Below are positions 1 through 9,038 of a DNA stretch of 30,520 bases, in pieces (position 1 is the stretch's first letter; the number at the start of each line of letters is the position of its first letter). Location: NCBI GenBank assembly GCA_043816185.1, contig JBDRIG010000060.1, positions 1 to 30,520 of the forward strand, in the 5' to 3' direction. Source of the DNA: Elusimicrobiota bacterium (GTDB lineage Bacteria; Elusimicrobiota; UBA8919). Position numbers and translations under genes: made by a program. Under the pieces are notes generated by a model that saw only the letters and a program-made list of their open reading frames with translations, ran no database searches and was not told the origin of the DNA.

Positions 1-225
1 ACACCTTTATTATTGGTGTCATTTACAAATTTATATTCGTTTATCTCCACCCGTTTAGCGGGAAGGAAGCGTGTCAAAAGATGCTGATTTTTGACAAAGG
101 GGATGCTATTTTCTACTTGACATGCTTTTCCATAGATGACTTTTCATGATTCACAAAATACAAGATATAATTCACACTGTTGCATTTACCAATTCGCAGT
201 AATCAAAATAGTTTTGGATTTTATT

Positions 226-765
226 TTAATATTTTTTTATTTCTGAAATGATTTTTTGCGGTTCGGACATTCTACCGATTTCATCGTCACCACAAGCAAG
301 CTCGCCTTTTTCGGGACCGATAAAATAATATCCGATTTTTTTAAGGTATGAAATGTTTTTCTGTGTTATCGAATTTTTATACATTTCCGAGTTCATCGCG
401 GGGCATATTACAACTGGACATTTTACAGATAATACAAGTGTTGTAAGAGCATCGTCGGCAATGCCTGATGCAATTTTTGCGATAACATTTGCTGTAGCAG
501 GTGCAATCAAAACTAAATCCGATTTCTTTGCAATTGAAATATGTTCAACTTCCCAGTTAAAATTATTTGCAAACATATCAATATAAACACTGTTTTTTGA
601 AAGTGTTTGAATTGTTAAACTGGTTATAAATTCTGTAACATTTTTTGTCATAACGGGAATTACTATTGCTTTTTCTTTGATTAACAACCGTATAATCTCG
701 CAGGATTTATATGCAGCAATTGAACCACTAATGCCTACGATAATGCTTTTATCTTTAAGCGACAT
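226..765 (-). CDS. coaC: Phosphopantothenoylcysteine decarboxylase (flavoprotein N-terminal half of CoaBC only)
   Basis: GISGSIAAYKS, VEHI, APATANVIAKIASGIADD, PAMNSEMY and LACGD..GRM motifs of the HFCD/CoaC domain. Stops at 179 aa without the CoaB domain. Confidence 0.88.
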   Translation of the reverse strand: MSLKDKSIIVGISGSIAAYKSCEIIRLLIKEKAIVIPVMTKNVTEFITSLTIQTLSKNSVYIDMFANNFNWEVEHISIAKKSDLVLIAPATANVIAKIASGIADDALTTLVLSVKCPVVICPAMNSEMYKNSITQKNISYLKKIGYYFIGPEKGELACGDDEIGRMSEPQKIISEIKKY

Positions 766-1366
766 TCTCTTTCCCCTTGTTTTTAATTATTTTTTTGAGT
801 TCATCAAATGCTCTCTTAATTGAATCATTAATTATAACATAATCATAAAATTTTTTATAACTAATTTCTTTGCGAGCATTTTTAAGTCGTTTTTGAATAT
901 CACTTTTAGAATCTCTATGTCGATTTTTTATACGCTCTTCCAAGATTTTTATAGACGGTGGAGCAATAAAAATCAAAAGCGACTGTGGATAATATTTTTT
1001 TATATTAATGGCACCAATTACATCAATGTCTAAGATAACATTTTTACCAGACTTAAGTTTTCCGTCAAGTTGTTTCTTTGGTGTTCCATAATAATACCCA
1101 TGGACAATCGCAGTCTCTATAAATTCACCTGCTTTTTTTCTTCGCAAAAATTCCTTCTTCGAAATAAAAAAATAATCCTTTCCATTTTTCTCCTTCAAGG
1201 TTGTAGAACGTGTTGTATCGGAAACTGAATATGAAAATCCTCTTACCTTCTTCATAAGAAGTTTAATAAGCGTTGTTTTCCCAGCGCCAGACGGTGCAGA
1301 TATTACAATAGGAATTCCGTTTTGACAAGGTTTGTAGGAAGGGGTCTTTATGGTATTATAAGACAT
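755..1366 (-). CDS. gmk: Guanylate kinase
   Basis: P-loop SAPSGAGKTT, SVSDTTR, GKDYFF, HGYYYGTP, ILDIDVIGA, FIAPPS. Overlaps the coaC start by 11 nt. Confidence 0.95.
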   Translation of the reverse strand: MSYNTIKTPSYKPCQNGIPIVISAPSGAGKTTLIKLLMKKVRGFSYSVSDTTRSTTLKEKNGKDYFFISKKEFLRRKKAGEFIETAIVHGYYYGTPKKQLDGKLKSGKNVILDIDVIGAINIKKYYPQSLLIFIAPPSIKILEERIKNRHRDSKSDIQKRLKNARKEISYKKFYDYVIINDSIKRAFDELKKIIKNKGKENVA

Positions 1367-1402
1367 GGTTTGTTTAATAATCTGTTGAAGGAAAAAACAA
1401 AA

Positions 1403-2641
1403 TTATTTTTTTAATTCCCTGATTATTTCAGGAATTATTTGGTAAAGATCGCCGTTAATAGCAAATGTAGCGAGTTTCATCATCGGACATTCGGGGTCCT
1501 TATTTATTGCAACAATTATTTCTGACGATTGCATTCCAACAAGATGTTGAATTTGCCCAGAAATTCCACAGGCAATATAAAGTTTGGGTGCGACGGTTCT
1601 TCCTGTTTGACCTACCTGATGCGAATAAGGGATCCAATCAGAATCTACTGTTGCACGAGATGCACCAACTGCTCCGCCGATTGCTTTTGCAAATTCTTCA
1701 ATCAATTGGAAACCATCAGGTTTTCCAAGCCCTCTTCCACCAGAAACAATTATATCGGCTTCGGCGAGATTTACTTTTTGAGAAATATCGGCAATAAATT
1801 GTAGAAAGTTCGTCCTATTTTTTATTTTCGTTCTGTCAAAAGATTTTTTTACAATTTCACTTCCTCTATTTTTCACGTGCGACGAGCCTGCTTGGTCCAT
1901 TTTCTCTGCCTTCTTAAAAACCTTATGGCGAACGGTTGACATTTGTGGTCTATGGTTTTTTGTCAAAATTGTAGCCAGTATATTTCCACCGAAGGCAGGT
2001 CGTGTTTGCATTAAATTTCTTGTTTCCAGATCAATATCAAGTCCTGTGCAATCGGCGGTTAAACCTGTGTGAATTTTTGCTGCAACGCGTGAAGCAAAAC
2101 TTCTTCCTATATTTGTCGCCCCCATCAAAATTATTTCTGGCTTTTCTTCACGAATGAGTTGCGATAAAAGTTCGGAATATGGATCATCTTGAAACTCGTT
2201 CAACACCTCGTCGTCATAGACATAAACCTTATCGGCACCGTACTCTACTAAATCTTTTGCTTTTTCTTCAATTTTATTTCCCATCAAAACGGCACAAAGT
2301 TTGACAGAAAGTTTATCTGCAAGTTCTCTGCCTTTGCCTAAAAGCTCAAAAACAACTGGTGAAATTTCACCATGTCTCTGTTCTGCATAAACCCAGACAT
2401 TCTTAAAATTTTGGAGATTGGAAATCTGAAATTTAAGATCGTCCTTCTCTATTACTATTGCCTGATATTTTTTACAGGCATCGAGACATGCCCCACAATA
2501 ATTGCATTTCATCTCGTCGATAAATGCAAGTTTCAATTTTTCATCTGGTCTTGCAGTTAGTGTAATTGCTGCGAAAGGACAAGACTTTACGCACAATCCG
2601 CATCCAATACATTTTTCCGATATTATATAAATTTTACTCAT
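1403..2641 (-). CDS. etfA: Electron transfer flavoprotein alpha subunit with N-terminal 2x[4Fe-4S] ferredoxin domain
   Basis: CIGCGLCVKSCP and CNYCGACLDAC cluster motifs, then GLTADCT, RPAFGGN, VSGGRG, GASRA, QVGQTG, GISGQIQH. Confidence 0.93.
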   Translation of the reverse strand: MSKIYIISEKCIGCGLCVKSCPFAAITLTARPDEKLKLAFIDEMKCNYCGACLDACKKYQAIVIEKDDLKFQISNLQNFKNVWVYAEQRHGEISPVVFELLGKGRELADKLSVKLCAVLMGNKIEEKAKDLVEYGADKVYVYDDEVLNEFQDDPYSELLSQLIREEKPEIILMGATNIGRSFASRVAAKIHTGLTADCTGLDIDLETRNLMQTRPAFGGNILATILTKNHRPQMSTVRHKVFKKAEKMDQAGSSHVKNRGSEIVKKSFDRTKIKNRTNFLQFIADISQKVNLAEADIIVSGGRGLGKPDGFQLIEEFAKAIGGAVGASRATVDSDWIPYSHQVGQTGRTVAPKLYIACGISGQIQHLVGMQSSEIIVAINKDPECPMMKLATFAINGDLYQIIPEIIRELKK

Positions 2642-2679
2642 AAGATTATTAATCTGCTAATATGGTTGTATGCAAAAGC

Positions 2680-2738
2680 TATCACCGTATCACCACATTA
2701 CCACTGTTGCTTTACATCGCCCTATCGTCTTATCACTG
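2680..2738. repeat. Degenerate 8-nt period repeat in the etfB-etfA spacer
   Basis: TATCACCG TATCACCA CATTACCA ... CATCGCCC TATCGTCT TATCACTG. Confidence 0.65.
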
Positions 2739-2753
2739 TTTTTTAACGGCCTT

Positions 2754-3539
2754 TTATAATATTTTTGTCTCTTTTAATTTCGCTACTAATTTAGACGCTT
2801 GTTCCGACGGCTCTCCTACAATTCTTTCTCCACCAATTCTGTGCGGTGGAGCAAAAACTTTCATCACGCTGGTTGGTGAACCAGCAATCCCCAATTTTGT
2901 TTTCTCTGCTTCAATTGTTTTTGCGGTAAAATGTTTAACTTCTGCTTTTTTTGAAAACATCATTCCTCGTAAAGACGGAAGTCGCGGACTGTTTATCTCT
3001 TTTACGACGGTTAGAAGACAAGGAATGGGCGATTCAATTAAATCGTAACCATCTTCCATCATTCTTTTAACTGTAATTTTCTGGTTATCAATTTTTTCTA
3101 TTTTTTTAACGTATGCTACATGTGGAATATCAAGCATTTCTGCAACACCTGGACCAACTTGTGCGGTATCACCATCAATCGCCTGTTTTCCACAAAGAAT
3201 TATATTGTAACTTTCAACTTTTTTAATTGATTGTGCCAAAGTATAGGATGTAGCCAAAGTATCGCTTCCTGCAAATTCCCTGTCAGAAACAAGCACCGCT
3301 TCGTCACAGCCCATCGCCAAACATTCACGAAGTGCTTTTTCTGCCTGTGGAGGACCCATAGTTATAACGATAACTTTTCCCGTATATTTCTCTTTAAGTC
3401 GAACTGCTTCCTCGACAGCATAAAGATCAAATGGATTTACTTGTGCCTCAATGCCTTCCCGTTTTAAGGTTCCAGTTTTTTCATCTATTTTCACATCGGT
3501 TGTCACCGGCACCTGCTTAATTAAAACAATGACGTTCAT
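2754..3539 (-). CDS. etfB: Electron transfer flavoprotein beta subunit
   Basis: IKQVP, NPFD, MGPPQA, FAGSDTLATS, GKQAIDGDTAQVGP. Start moved to ATG 3539, which follows an AGGAG Shine-Dalgarno. Confidence 0.93.
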   Translation of the reverse strand: MNVIVLIKQVPVTTDVKIDEKTGTLKREGIEAQVNPFDLYAVEEAVRLKEKYTGKVIVITMGPPQAEKALRECLAMGCDEAVLVSDREFAGSDTLATSYTLAQSIKKVESYNIILCGKQAIDGDTAQVGPGVAEMLDIPHVAYVKKIEKIDNQKITVKRMMEDGYDLIESPIPCLLTVVKEINSPRLPSLRGMMFSKKAEVKHFTAKTIEAEKTKLGIAGSPTSVMKVFAPPHRIGGERIVGEPSEQASKLVAKLKETKIL

Positions 3540-3620
3540 CGACAAACTCCTAAAAAATTGTACAACCACAATTTACTGAGATAAAATACTACGCTTACAA
3601 GCAGACAAATTGTGACGAGA

Positions 3621-3663
3621 ATCTCTACATGACATCTCTATCTAATATCTTTATCTAATGTCT
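3621..3663. repeat. 13-nt period tandem repeat
   Basis: ATCTCTACATGAC ATCTCTATCTAAT ATCTTTATCTAAT GTCT. Confidence 0.7.
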
Positions 3664-3675
3664 GGCAGACCTGCA

Positions 3676-5268
3676 CTATTTTTCTGCATTACCATACGCG
3701 CGATAATCAATATTCGGAAAGATATTATTCTTTCCTTCAAGCTTTGATAAAAATTGCACATCAATCCGATTTCCCTTTATCTGCTCGTATAAAATAGTGA
3801 ACTGATGAATGTGGTCTTTTGTTCTTTTATTAGCATACTGAATCGTGGTACCTGCTGTCATAATAAAAGCCCAATCCGATGCCTGTGCGAGGAGTAATTC
3901 TCTTGCTGCCTGATTTAACGCTCGTTTTTTCAAATCAACTGCATTTGGATTTTCGCCTGCAATTTCAATCATTCTTGCAGCAGCTTTGTGAAGATGGCGA
4001 TAGATCCAGTCGTTTGCACTGTTAAGCCAGTACTCGTTATAACCTTTGTCGCCCCACGACGACATACACGGTTGAAGCACCTGATTATCAGGATACTTGG
4101 AAAGATACTCCGACGGTGTAATCATTTTTATTGTTTTTTGATCGTAGTAAATCTTCTTAAACAAAAACTCTAAAAAATCTGGACCTTCATACCACCAATG
4201 TCCAAAAAGTTCTGCATCGTACATTGACACAATAATCGGTTTCTTTTTAATTAAACCGAAAAGATGCTCAACCTGTTTTTCACGGTTAAACATAAAATTT
4301 CCTGCATGGGCTGCTGCTTTTTCTCTTGCATCAACGGGATTGTATGGTTGTTTTGAAGAAAGCCCTATATTACCTGTAATCTTAAAATACTTCATCCCAA
4401 TATTTCTTCTTACACCGTCAGAATGAAGGTAAGGTTTTATATAATCATAATCAAGATCGTAGCCAACATCTCTGTAAAATTCACGGTAATTCGAATCTCC
4501 TGGATACCCTATATCCGCCGACCATACCTGATGAGCCGACTCCATATCTCTTGCAAAAGCGGCTACACTCGACGGACAATATACTGGTGCAAATACACCA
4601 TATCTGGGACGAGGTGTACCATATAAAATTCCATGTGTATCAATAAAAAAGTAACGTAAACCATTTTCTTTGAGAATATAATCCACACCTGGTTCATATG
4701 CACATTCGGCAAGCCAAATGCCATTAGGTTTTTTTCCAAATTTTTCAGTATAATCTTGAACTGCAATTTTTATCTGTGCCTGCTTTGCTTTCTCGTGTAT
4801 CATTAAAGGAAGATAGCCATGTGTAGCACAAGAGGTAATAATTTCCAATTTGCCTGCATCCTGAATTTTTTTAAAACCATTCAAAATATTTTTATTGTGT
4901 TTAGTAAAAAGTTCTCGACATTTCTTGAATTTTCCATTATACATCAAAGCAGTATTGTAAAATGTTCCGCGATCATAACACCTTGCTAATTCTTTTTCAG
5001 AAAGTTCAAGAAGTTTATCAAGATGTCTTATATATCTATTCTGTAAAAGCTCATCTGAAAACATTCCGCATAGAGTAGGCGTCAATGACATTGTTATGCG
5101 AAAATCAACCCCCTCGGAAATAAGCCGCTCATACATATCCAAAAGTGGTAAATATGTTTCGGTGATTGCCTCAAACAACCAATCTTCCTCTAAAAAATCC
5201 TCATATTCAGGATGACGAATATAAGGAAGATGGGTATGTAATACTAAACACAAATAACCTTTTTCCAT
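3676..5268 (-). CDS. GH57-family 1,4-alpha-glucan branching enzyme (DUF1957 C-terminus)
   Basis: LVLHTHLPY, EEDWLFEAITETYLP, ATHGYLP, GIWLAECAY, YDAELFGHWWYEG, RELLLAQASDW. Start set at ATG 5268 after GAGGT; the longer ORF start runs into a repeat element. Confidence 0.9.
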   Translation of the reverse strand: MEKGYLCLVLHTHLPYIRHPEYEDFLEEDWLFEAITETYLPLLDMYERLISEGVDFRITMSLTPTLCGMFSDELLQNRYIRHLDKLLELSEKELARCYDRGTFYNTALMYNGKFKKCRELFTKHNKNILNGFKKIQDAGKLEIITSCATHGYLPLMIHEKAKQAQIKIAVQDYTEKFGKKPNGIWLAECAYEPGVDYILKENGLRYFFIDTHGILYGTPRPRYGVFAPVYCPSSVAAFARDMESAHQVWSADIGYPGDSNYREFYRDVGYDLDYDYIKPYLHSDGVRRNIGMKYFKITGNIGLSSKQPYNPVDAREKAAAHAGNFMFNREKQVEHLFGLIKKKPIIVSMYDAELFGHWWYEGPDFLEFLFKKIYYDQKTIKMITPSEYLSKYPDNQVLQPCMSSWGDKGYNEYWLNSANDWIYRHLHKAAARMIEIAGENPNAVDLKKRALNQAARELLLAQASDWAFIMTAGTTIQYANKRTKDHIHQFTILYEQIKGNRIDVQFLSKLEGKNNIFPNIDYRAYGNAEK

Positions 5269-5285
5269 AATAACCTCACTGATTA

Positions 5286-5437
5286 GGCCTACTTCACTAA
5301 GCGACTCATTTACCGACAACCTATTTTATATTCATGGTTGTTGCGAGAGTCCGCAAGGACTCGAAGCAATATCTGTGTTGAAAATCGAGATTGCTTCGCT
5401 ATCGCCCGTAATGACGGACAAAAACACTCGCAATAAC
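5286..5437. mobile_element. Second copy of the 12792-type element, right end missing or eroded
   Basis: Shares ACTTCACTAAGCGACTCATTTAC..ACAAC.TATTTTAT.TTCATG..GTTGCGAGAGTC...GTGTTGAAAA.CGAGATT.CTTCG...ATGACGG...AAACACTCGCAA with 12797-12955; both preceded by GATTA. Confidence 0.75.
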
Positions 5438-5495
5438 CGCAATAACATCCGTGGTTATCCGTACTATCTATATCCGCAGCGACTATCTGTATTTT

Positions 5496-6383
5496 TTATT
5501 CTGTTTTCCTTTCAGCCATTATCATTATTTTTCTCTCGTCTATTTTATCTTCCGAAACGGCCTTTATCGCAAATTCTTTTTTACCATCTGGAAATCCAAC
5601 CTGTAGTGAAAATGTTCCGTCGGGATTGAGTTGTATTTGTTTGCCATTTATTGTAAGCGTTGCTGATGGTTCAGTTGCACCATAGACAATCAATTCTGCA
5701 TCAGCAATCAGCCAAAAATTTCTTGCTTTGCCAGGCATTTTGAAACCACGAGAAGTAACTCCAGAAAGCATACCTGAAAAGGCACCTTGTGAATTTATGT
5801 TCAAATATTCCCATCTCTTTGCTAAAAATTTTGTCATTTCTACTGAACCAACACCGATTTTGTCGATCCCAGAAAGTTTAAGCAATTTCTGGTAATCCTC
5901 ACGAACAAGCATCCATTGTTCGCTTGTTATATCTGAAACCTTACCAGATGGCGTAATAATGATATTTGACAAAAGGATTGAGATAAATCTTCCATCTTTT
6001 GTTTTAAGCCCTAATTGAACACAGTATGCTCTTCCAGAATTTTCAACATTTATATACCAATTACGTGCGTTAAAGCTGATAGACATCTCTTTGAAGTTGC
6101 ACGATTTATCGACTAGAAATTCATTTAATCCTGTAACATCATGTATTCTTAAAACAAAATTTGAATTTTCAAAAATGTCCTTACCATGTTCTTTTTTTAA
6201 CTGCTCAAACGTATTGTCAGATATATCCCAATAAGCAAAAATCCAATAAGGACTCGTCGGTAAAATTACAAGAATGTCCTCGTTGTATCTTTCTGGGATT
6301 GGATAGCCTATATCAATATATTCCGACTTTACCGGCTCAACACCTTCCATTTTTTTTAGTTGTGACGACGAACTCTTTGACAT
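5496..6383 (-). CDS. DUF4912 domain protein (usual partner of the GH57 branching enzyme)
   Basis: IPERY..PYWIFAYWDI, LRIHDVT, NWYINV, SN..TP, and C-terminal FWLIADAELIVYGATEP..PDGTF. Adjacent to GH57. Confidence 0.82.
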   Translation of the reverse strand: MSKSSSSQLKKMEGVEPVKSEYIDIGYPIPERYNEDILVILPTSPYWIFAYWDISDNTFEQLKKEHGKDIFENSNFVLRIHDVTGLNEFLVDKSCNFKEMSISFNARNWYINVENSGRAYCVQLGLKTKDGRFISILLSNIIITPSGKVSDITSEQWMLVREDYQKLLKLSGIDKIGVGSVEMTKFLAKRWEYLNINSQGAFSGMLSGVTSRGFKMPGKARNFWLIADAELIVYGATEPSATLTINGKQIQLNPDGTFSLQVGFPDGKKEFAIKAVSEDKIDERKIMIMAERKTE

Positions 6384-6421
6384 AAACCCCCCCCCTCAAT
6401 ATTAGAGAACAAGACATCGGG

Positions 6422-6479
6422 ATTAAGAATTAAGTATTAAAAATTAAGAAAAATCAACACTTAATCTTTAACTCTCAAT
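6422..6479. repeat. Mirrored heptamer repeat (ATTAAGA-like)x4 / (TCTTAAT-like)x3
   Basis: ATTAAGA ATTAAGT ATTAAAA ATTAAGA, loop, ACTTAAT CTTTAAC TCTCAAT; overlaps the rapZ stop. Confidence 0.75.
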
Positions 6480-7335
6480 TGCCCCTATCTATATCTCTGT
6501 GCTTCAATCTAACTGAAAATTTATTTTTTGAAAGATATTTTTTAAATTCACTTGCTAATACAACTGAACGATGGTGCCCACCTGTACATCCTAACGCAAT
6601 TGTCAAATACGATTTTCCTTCTTTTATGTATTTAGGAATTATGCTCAATATCATACTAAAAAAGGACTTTGCGAATCTTTTTGCCTCGGGAAAACTCATC
6701 ACGTAATTTTTTACTTTTCTTTCGTTTCCAGTGTGATGTTTTAAGCCTTTCACATAAAATGGGTTTGGCAAAAATCTCACATCCATAACTATATCCGCAT
6801 CTGAAGGAATACCGTATTTGTAGCCAAAAGATATTACAGTTATGCACATCTCGGAATTTTTAGAAATTTTAAGTAATCCTGCTATTGTCTCCTTGAGCTC
6901 CTGAAGATTCATACTAGTTGTATCAATAACTTTTGATGATTGTTCTTTTATATTTGACAAAACTGCTCGTTCCGTTCTTACTGCTTCTGGAACATTTTTG
7001 CCAAGCGGATGTTTTCTTCTGGTTTCACTGAAACGCCTTATGATTGTTTCGTCCGAGGCATCAAAAAAAAGTACCATCGGCCGAACTGCTAAATTTGATA
7101 TTATCTTTTGAAAATCGGTTAAGTGTTCACCTTCCCTTATGTCAATACCTAATGCAATTTTTTTAAACTTGTTGTATTTTGACCCAATACTTAACGATAC
7201 AAATTTTTCTATAAGAATTAGCGGGAGATTGTCAACACAAAAAAATCCAAGATCCTCAAAACATTTAATTGCTTGGCTTTTTCCAGCACCCGAAATACCC
7301 GTTATAACAAAAAATTGTGTGTCCATTGGCTTCAC
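6475..7335 (-). CDS. rapZ: RNase adapter / P-loop NTPase RapZ (YvcJ/YhbJ)
   Basis: ITGISGAGKS, CVDNLP, RRFSETRRKHPL, SFGYKYG, DVRFLPNP, GCTGGHHRSV. Start may be ATG 7326. Confidence 0.93.
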   Translation of the reverse strand: MKPMDTQFFVITGISGAGKSQAIKCFEDLGFFCVDNLPLILIEKFVSLSIGSKYNKFKKIALGIDIREGEHLTDFQKIISNLAVRPMVLFFDASDETIIRRFSETRRKHPLGKNVPEAVRTERAVLSNIKEQSSKVIDTTSMNLQELKETIAGLLKISKNSEMCITVISFGYKYGIPSDADIVMDVRFLPNPFYVKGLKHHTGNERKVKNYVMSFPEAKRFAKSFFSMILSIIPKYIKEGKSYLTIALGCTGGHHRSVVLASEFKKYLSKNKFSVRLKHRDIDRGN

Positions 7336-7339
7336 TCAC

Positions 7340-7418
7340 AACACAAATACGAACCGAACACTAATCAAATACAACCAAATTATTTGTGTGTATTCGGCAC
7401 ATTTATTCGGTGCAATTA
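7340..7418. repeat. Mirrored CC(G/A)AAT / ATT(C/T)GG degenerate repeat (family also at 8376-8468, 8955-9035 and 22990-23068)
   Basis: Left arm ACAAAT, CCGAAC, TCAAAT, CCAAAT; right arm ATTTGT, ATTCGG, ATTCGG at 10-13 nt spacing. Confidence 0.65.
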
Positions 7419-8357
7419 TTTATACATAACCTTTTCTTTCATCAATCCCATGAGTCGATCGTTCAAATCCTGTGCAGCATTATATCCCCTTAATTTAAGT
7501 CGCTGATTCATTGCGGCAACCTCAACTAATGAAGAAAGATTTCTGCCAGGTTTTACAGGTATAATCACTTCTGGAATTCTTACTCCCAAAATTTCTATAC
7601 ATGATTCGTCAAGCCCAAGTCGTTCATATTCCTTTTCACCTTTCCAGTGTTCAAGTTGAACAACCAAATCGATTTCCGTTGAATCCATAACAGCAAAAAT
7701 TCCAAAAAGATTTCTAATATCAATAATCCCGATACCTCTTACTTCCATATGGTGTCTTATAACCTCTTCACCAGAACCTACAAGCACATCTCCTGAACGT
7801 CGCTTTATTTCAACAACGTCATCTGCGACAAGAATATGACCTCTTTTTATTAATTCCAACGCACACTCAGATTTGCCAATAGAGGAATCGCCGAAAAGTA
7901 AAACACCCATTCCCGACACATTGATAAGTACGCCATGCTTTACAATTGATGGAGCAAGTGCATCCTCTAAAAAAAGCGTAAGTTCGGTTATAAATCTACC
8001 CGTCTCAAGTGCAGTTTTAATTATGGGAATTTTATTTTTTTTAGCTAACTGCAAAAATACCAACGGAATCTCTAAATTTCTTGTTACAAATATGGCTGGT
8101 AAATCAAACGAAAATATTTTTTCAAATACTTTACTTTCTATGGTATGTGACATTATGTACGTCATTTCACCGAGTCCTAAAATCTGAATTCGTTGATACG
8201 GAAAATAATCAAAAAAATCTGTTAATACTAATCCAAGACGGTTTGTCTCAGAAACAACTATTCTTTTATTTAGACCCTCTTCACCAGAAACAATCTCAAG
8301 CAAAAATTCTGTCTCTTTTTTCTCAAAAAGATTTTTTATTGTAATACTTTTATCCAT
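7416..8357 (-). CDS. hprK: HPr kinase/phosphorylase
   Basis: HGVL, G.SSIGKSECALELIKRGH, LVADD, MEVRGIGII, PVKPGRN. Confidence 0.94.
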   Translation of the reverse strand: MDKSITIKNLFEKKETEFLLEIVSGEEGLNKRIVVSETNRLGLVLTDFFDYFPYQRIQILGLGEMTYIMSHTIESKVFEKIFSFDLPAIFVTRNLEIPLVFLQLAKKNKIPIIKTALETGRFITELTLFLEDALAPSIVKHGVLINVSGMGVLLFGDSSIGKSECALELIKRGHILVADDVVEIKRRSGDVLVGSGEEVIRHHMEVRGIGIIDIRNLFGIFAVMDSTEIDLVVQLEHWKGEKEYERLGLDESCIEILGVRIPEVIIPVKPGRNLSSLVEVAAMNQRLKLRGYNAAQDLNDRLMGLMKEKVMYK

Positions 8358-8467
8358 TATTTATTCGCCCCGCTAACATCCGAATATAAACCAAATATCA
8401 AACTCCAAATGCAACCGAATTATTCAGCTCCATTTGATATCTTTTATTTTGTGCAGTTATTCGAGTT

Positions 8468-8935
8468 TCACAATTCGTCTTCTTCTTCTATTATTTTAAT
8501 AATTTCCAACGGTGCATTAGCATCTCTTAATGATTGTCTAAAAAATTTGTCTTTCAAAAGGCGAGAAATTTTTGCAATTATTTGTAGATGCTCCGATATG
8601 GATTCTGGCGGTGCTACCATTAAAAAAAATATGTAGACAAGCTCGCCATCGAGTGAATTAAAATCAATACCTGCTTTAGATATTCCTAAACACGCAATTG
8701 TTTTTGACACATGTTCACTTTTAGCGTGAGGAATTGCAACGCCTTGCCCGATACCCGTAGAGCCAGCATTCTCTCTTTTTAGAATGGCATCTACTACATC
8801 GTCAGTGTTTTTCAACTGTAATTTTTTATTACCCGCTACAAGTATCTCAACAAGCTCTGCTATTACCTCTTTTTTTGTTTTTCCTTTTAAATCCGTTGAA
8901 ATACAACTTTGAGACAAAAAATCTAAAATCTTCAT
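8468..8935 (-). CDS. ptsN: PTS EIIA component (Ntr/fructose-mannitol type)
   Basis: RE..GSTGIGQGVAIPHAK phospho-His motif. Lies between hpf and hprK/rapZ. Confidence 0.85.
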   Translation of the reverse strand: MKILDFLSQSCISTDLKGKTKKEVIAELVEILVAGNKKLQLKNTDDVVDAILKRENAGSTGIGQGVAIPHAKSEHVSKTIACLGISKAGIDFNSLDGELVYIFFLMVAPPESISEHLQIIAKISRLLKDKFFRQSLRDANAPLEIIKIIEEEDEL

Positions 8936-9038
8936 ACTTTACAACGCCTCCTTTAATCCAAATTACAAACTAGAAACTAATATAACACTAATCGCAAATT
9001 AAGAATCGAAAACTTTTGATTCATTAAATTTTTAATCC

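Noticed and set aside
755..765. Absence of rpoZ between gmk and coaBC
   Set aside because: The genes overlap cleanly with no scar; this arrangement varies among lineages and is not informative alone.
5375..5629. 84-aa plus-strand ORF
   Set aside because: Starts inside the REP-like repeat and runs antisense into DUF4912; EIASL-type peptides are typical translations of this palindrome.
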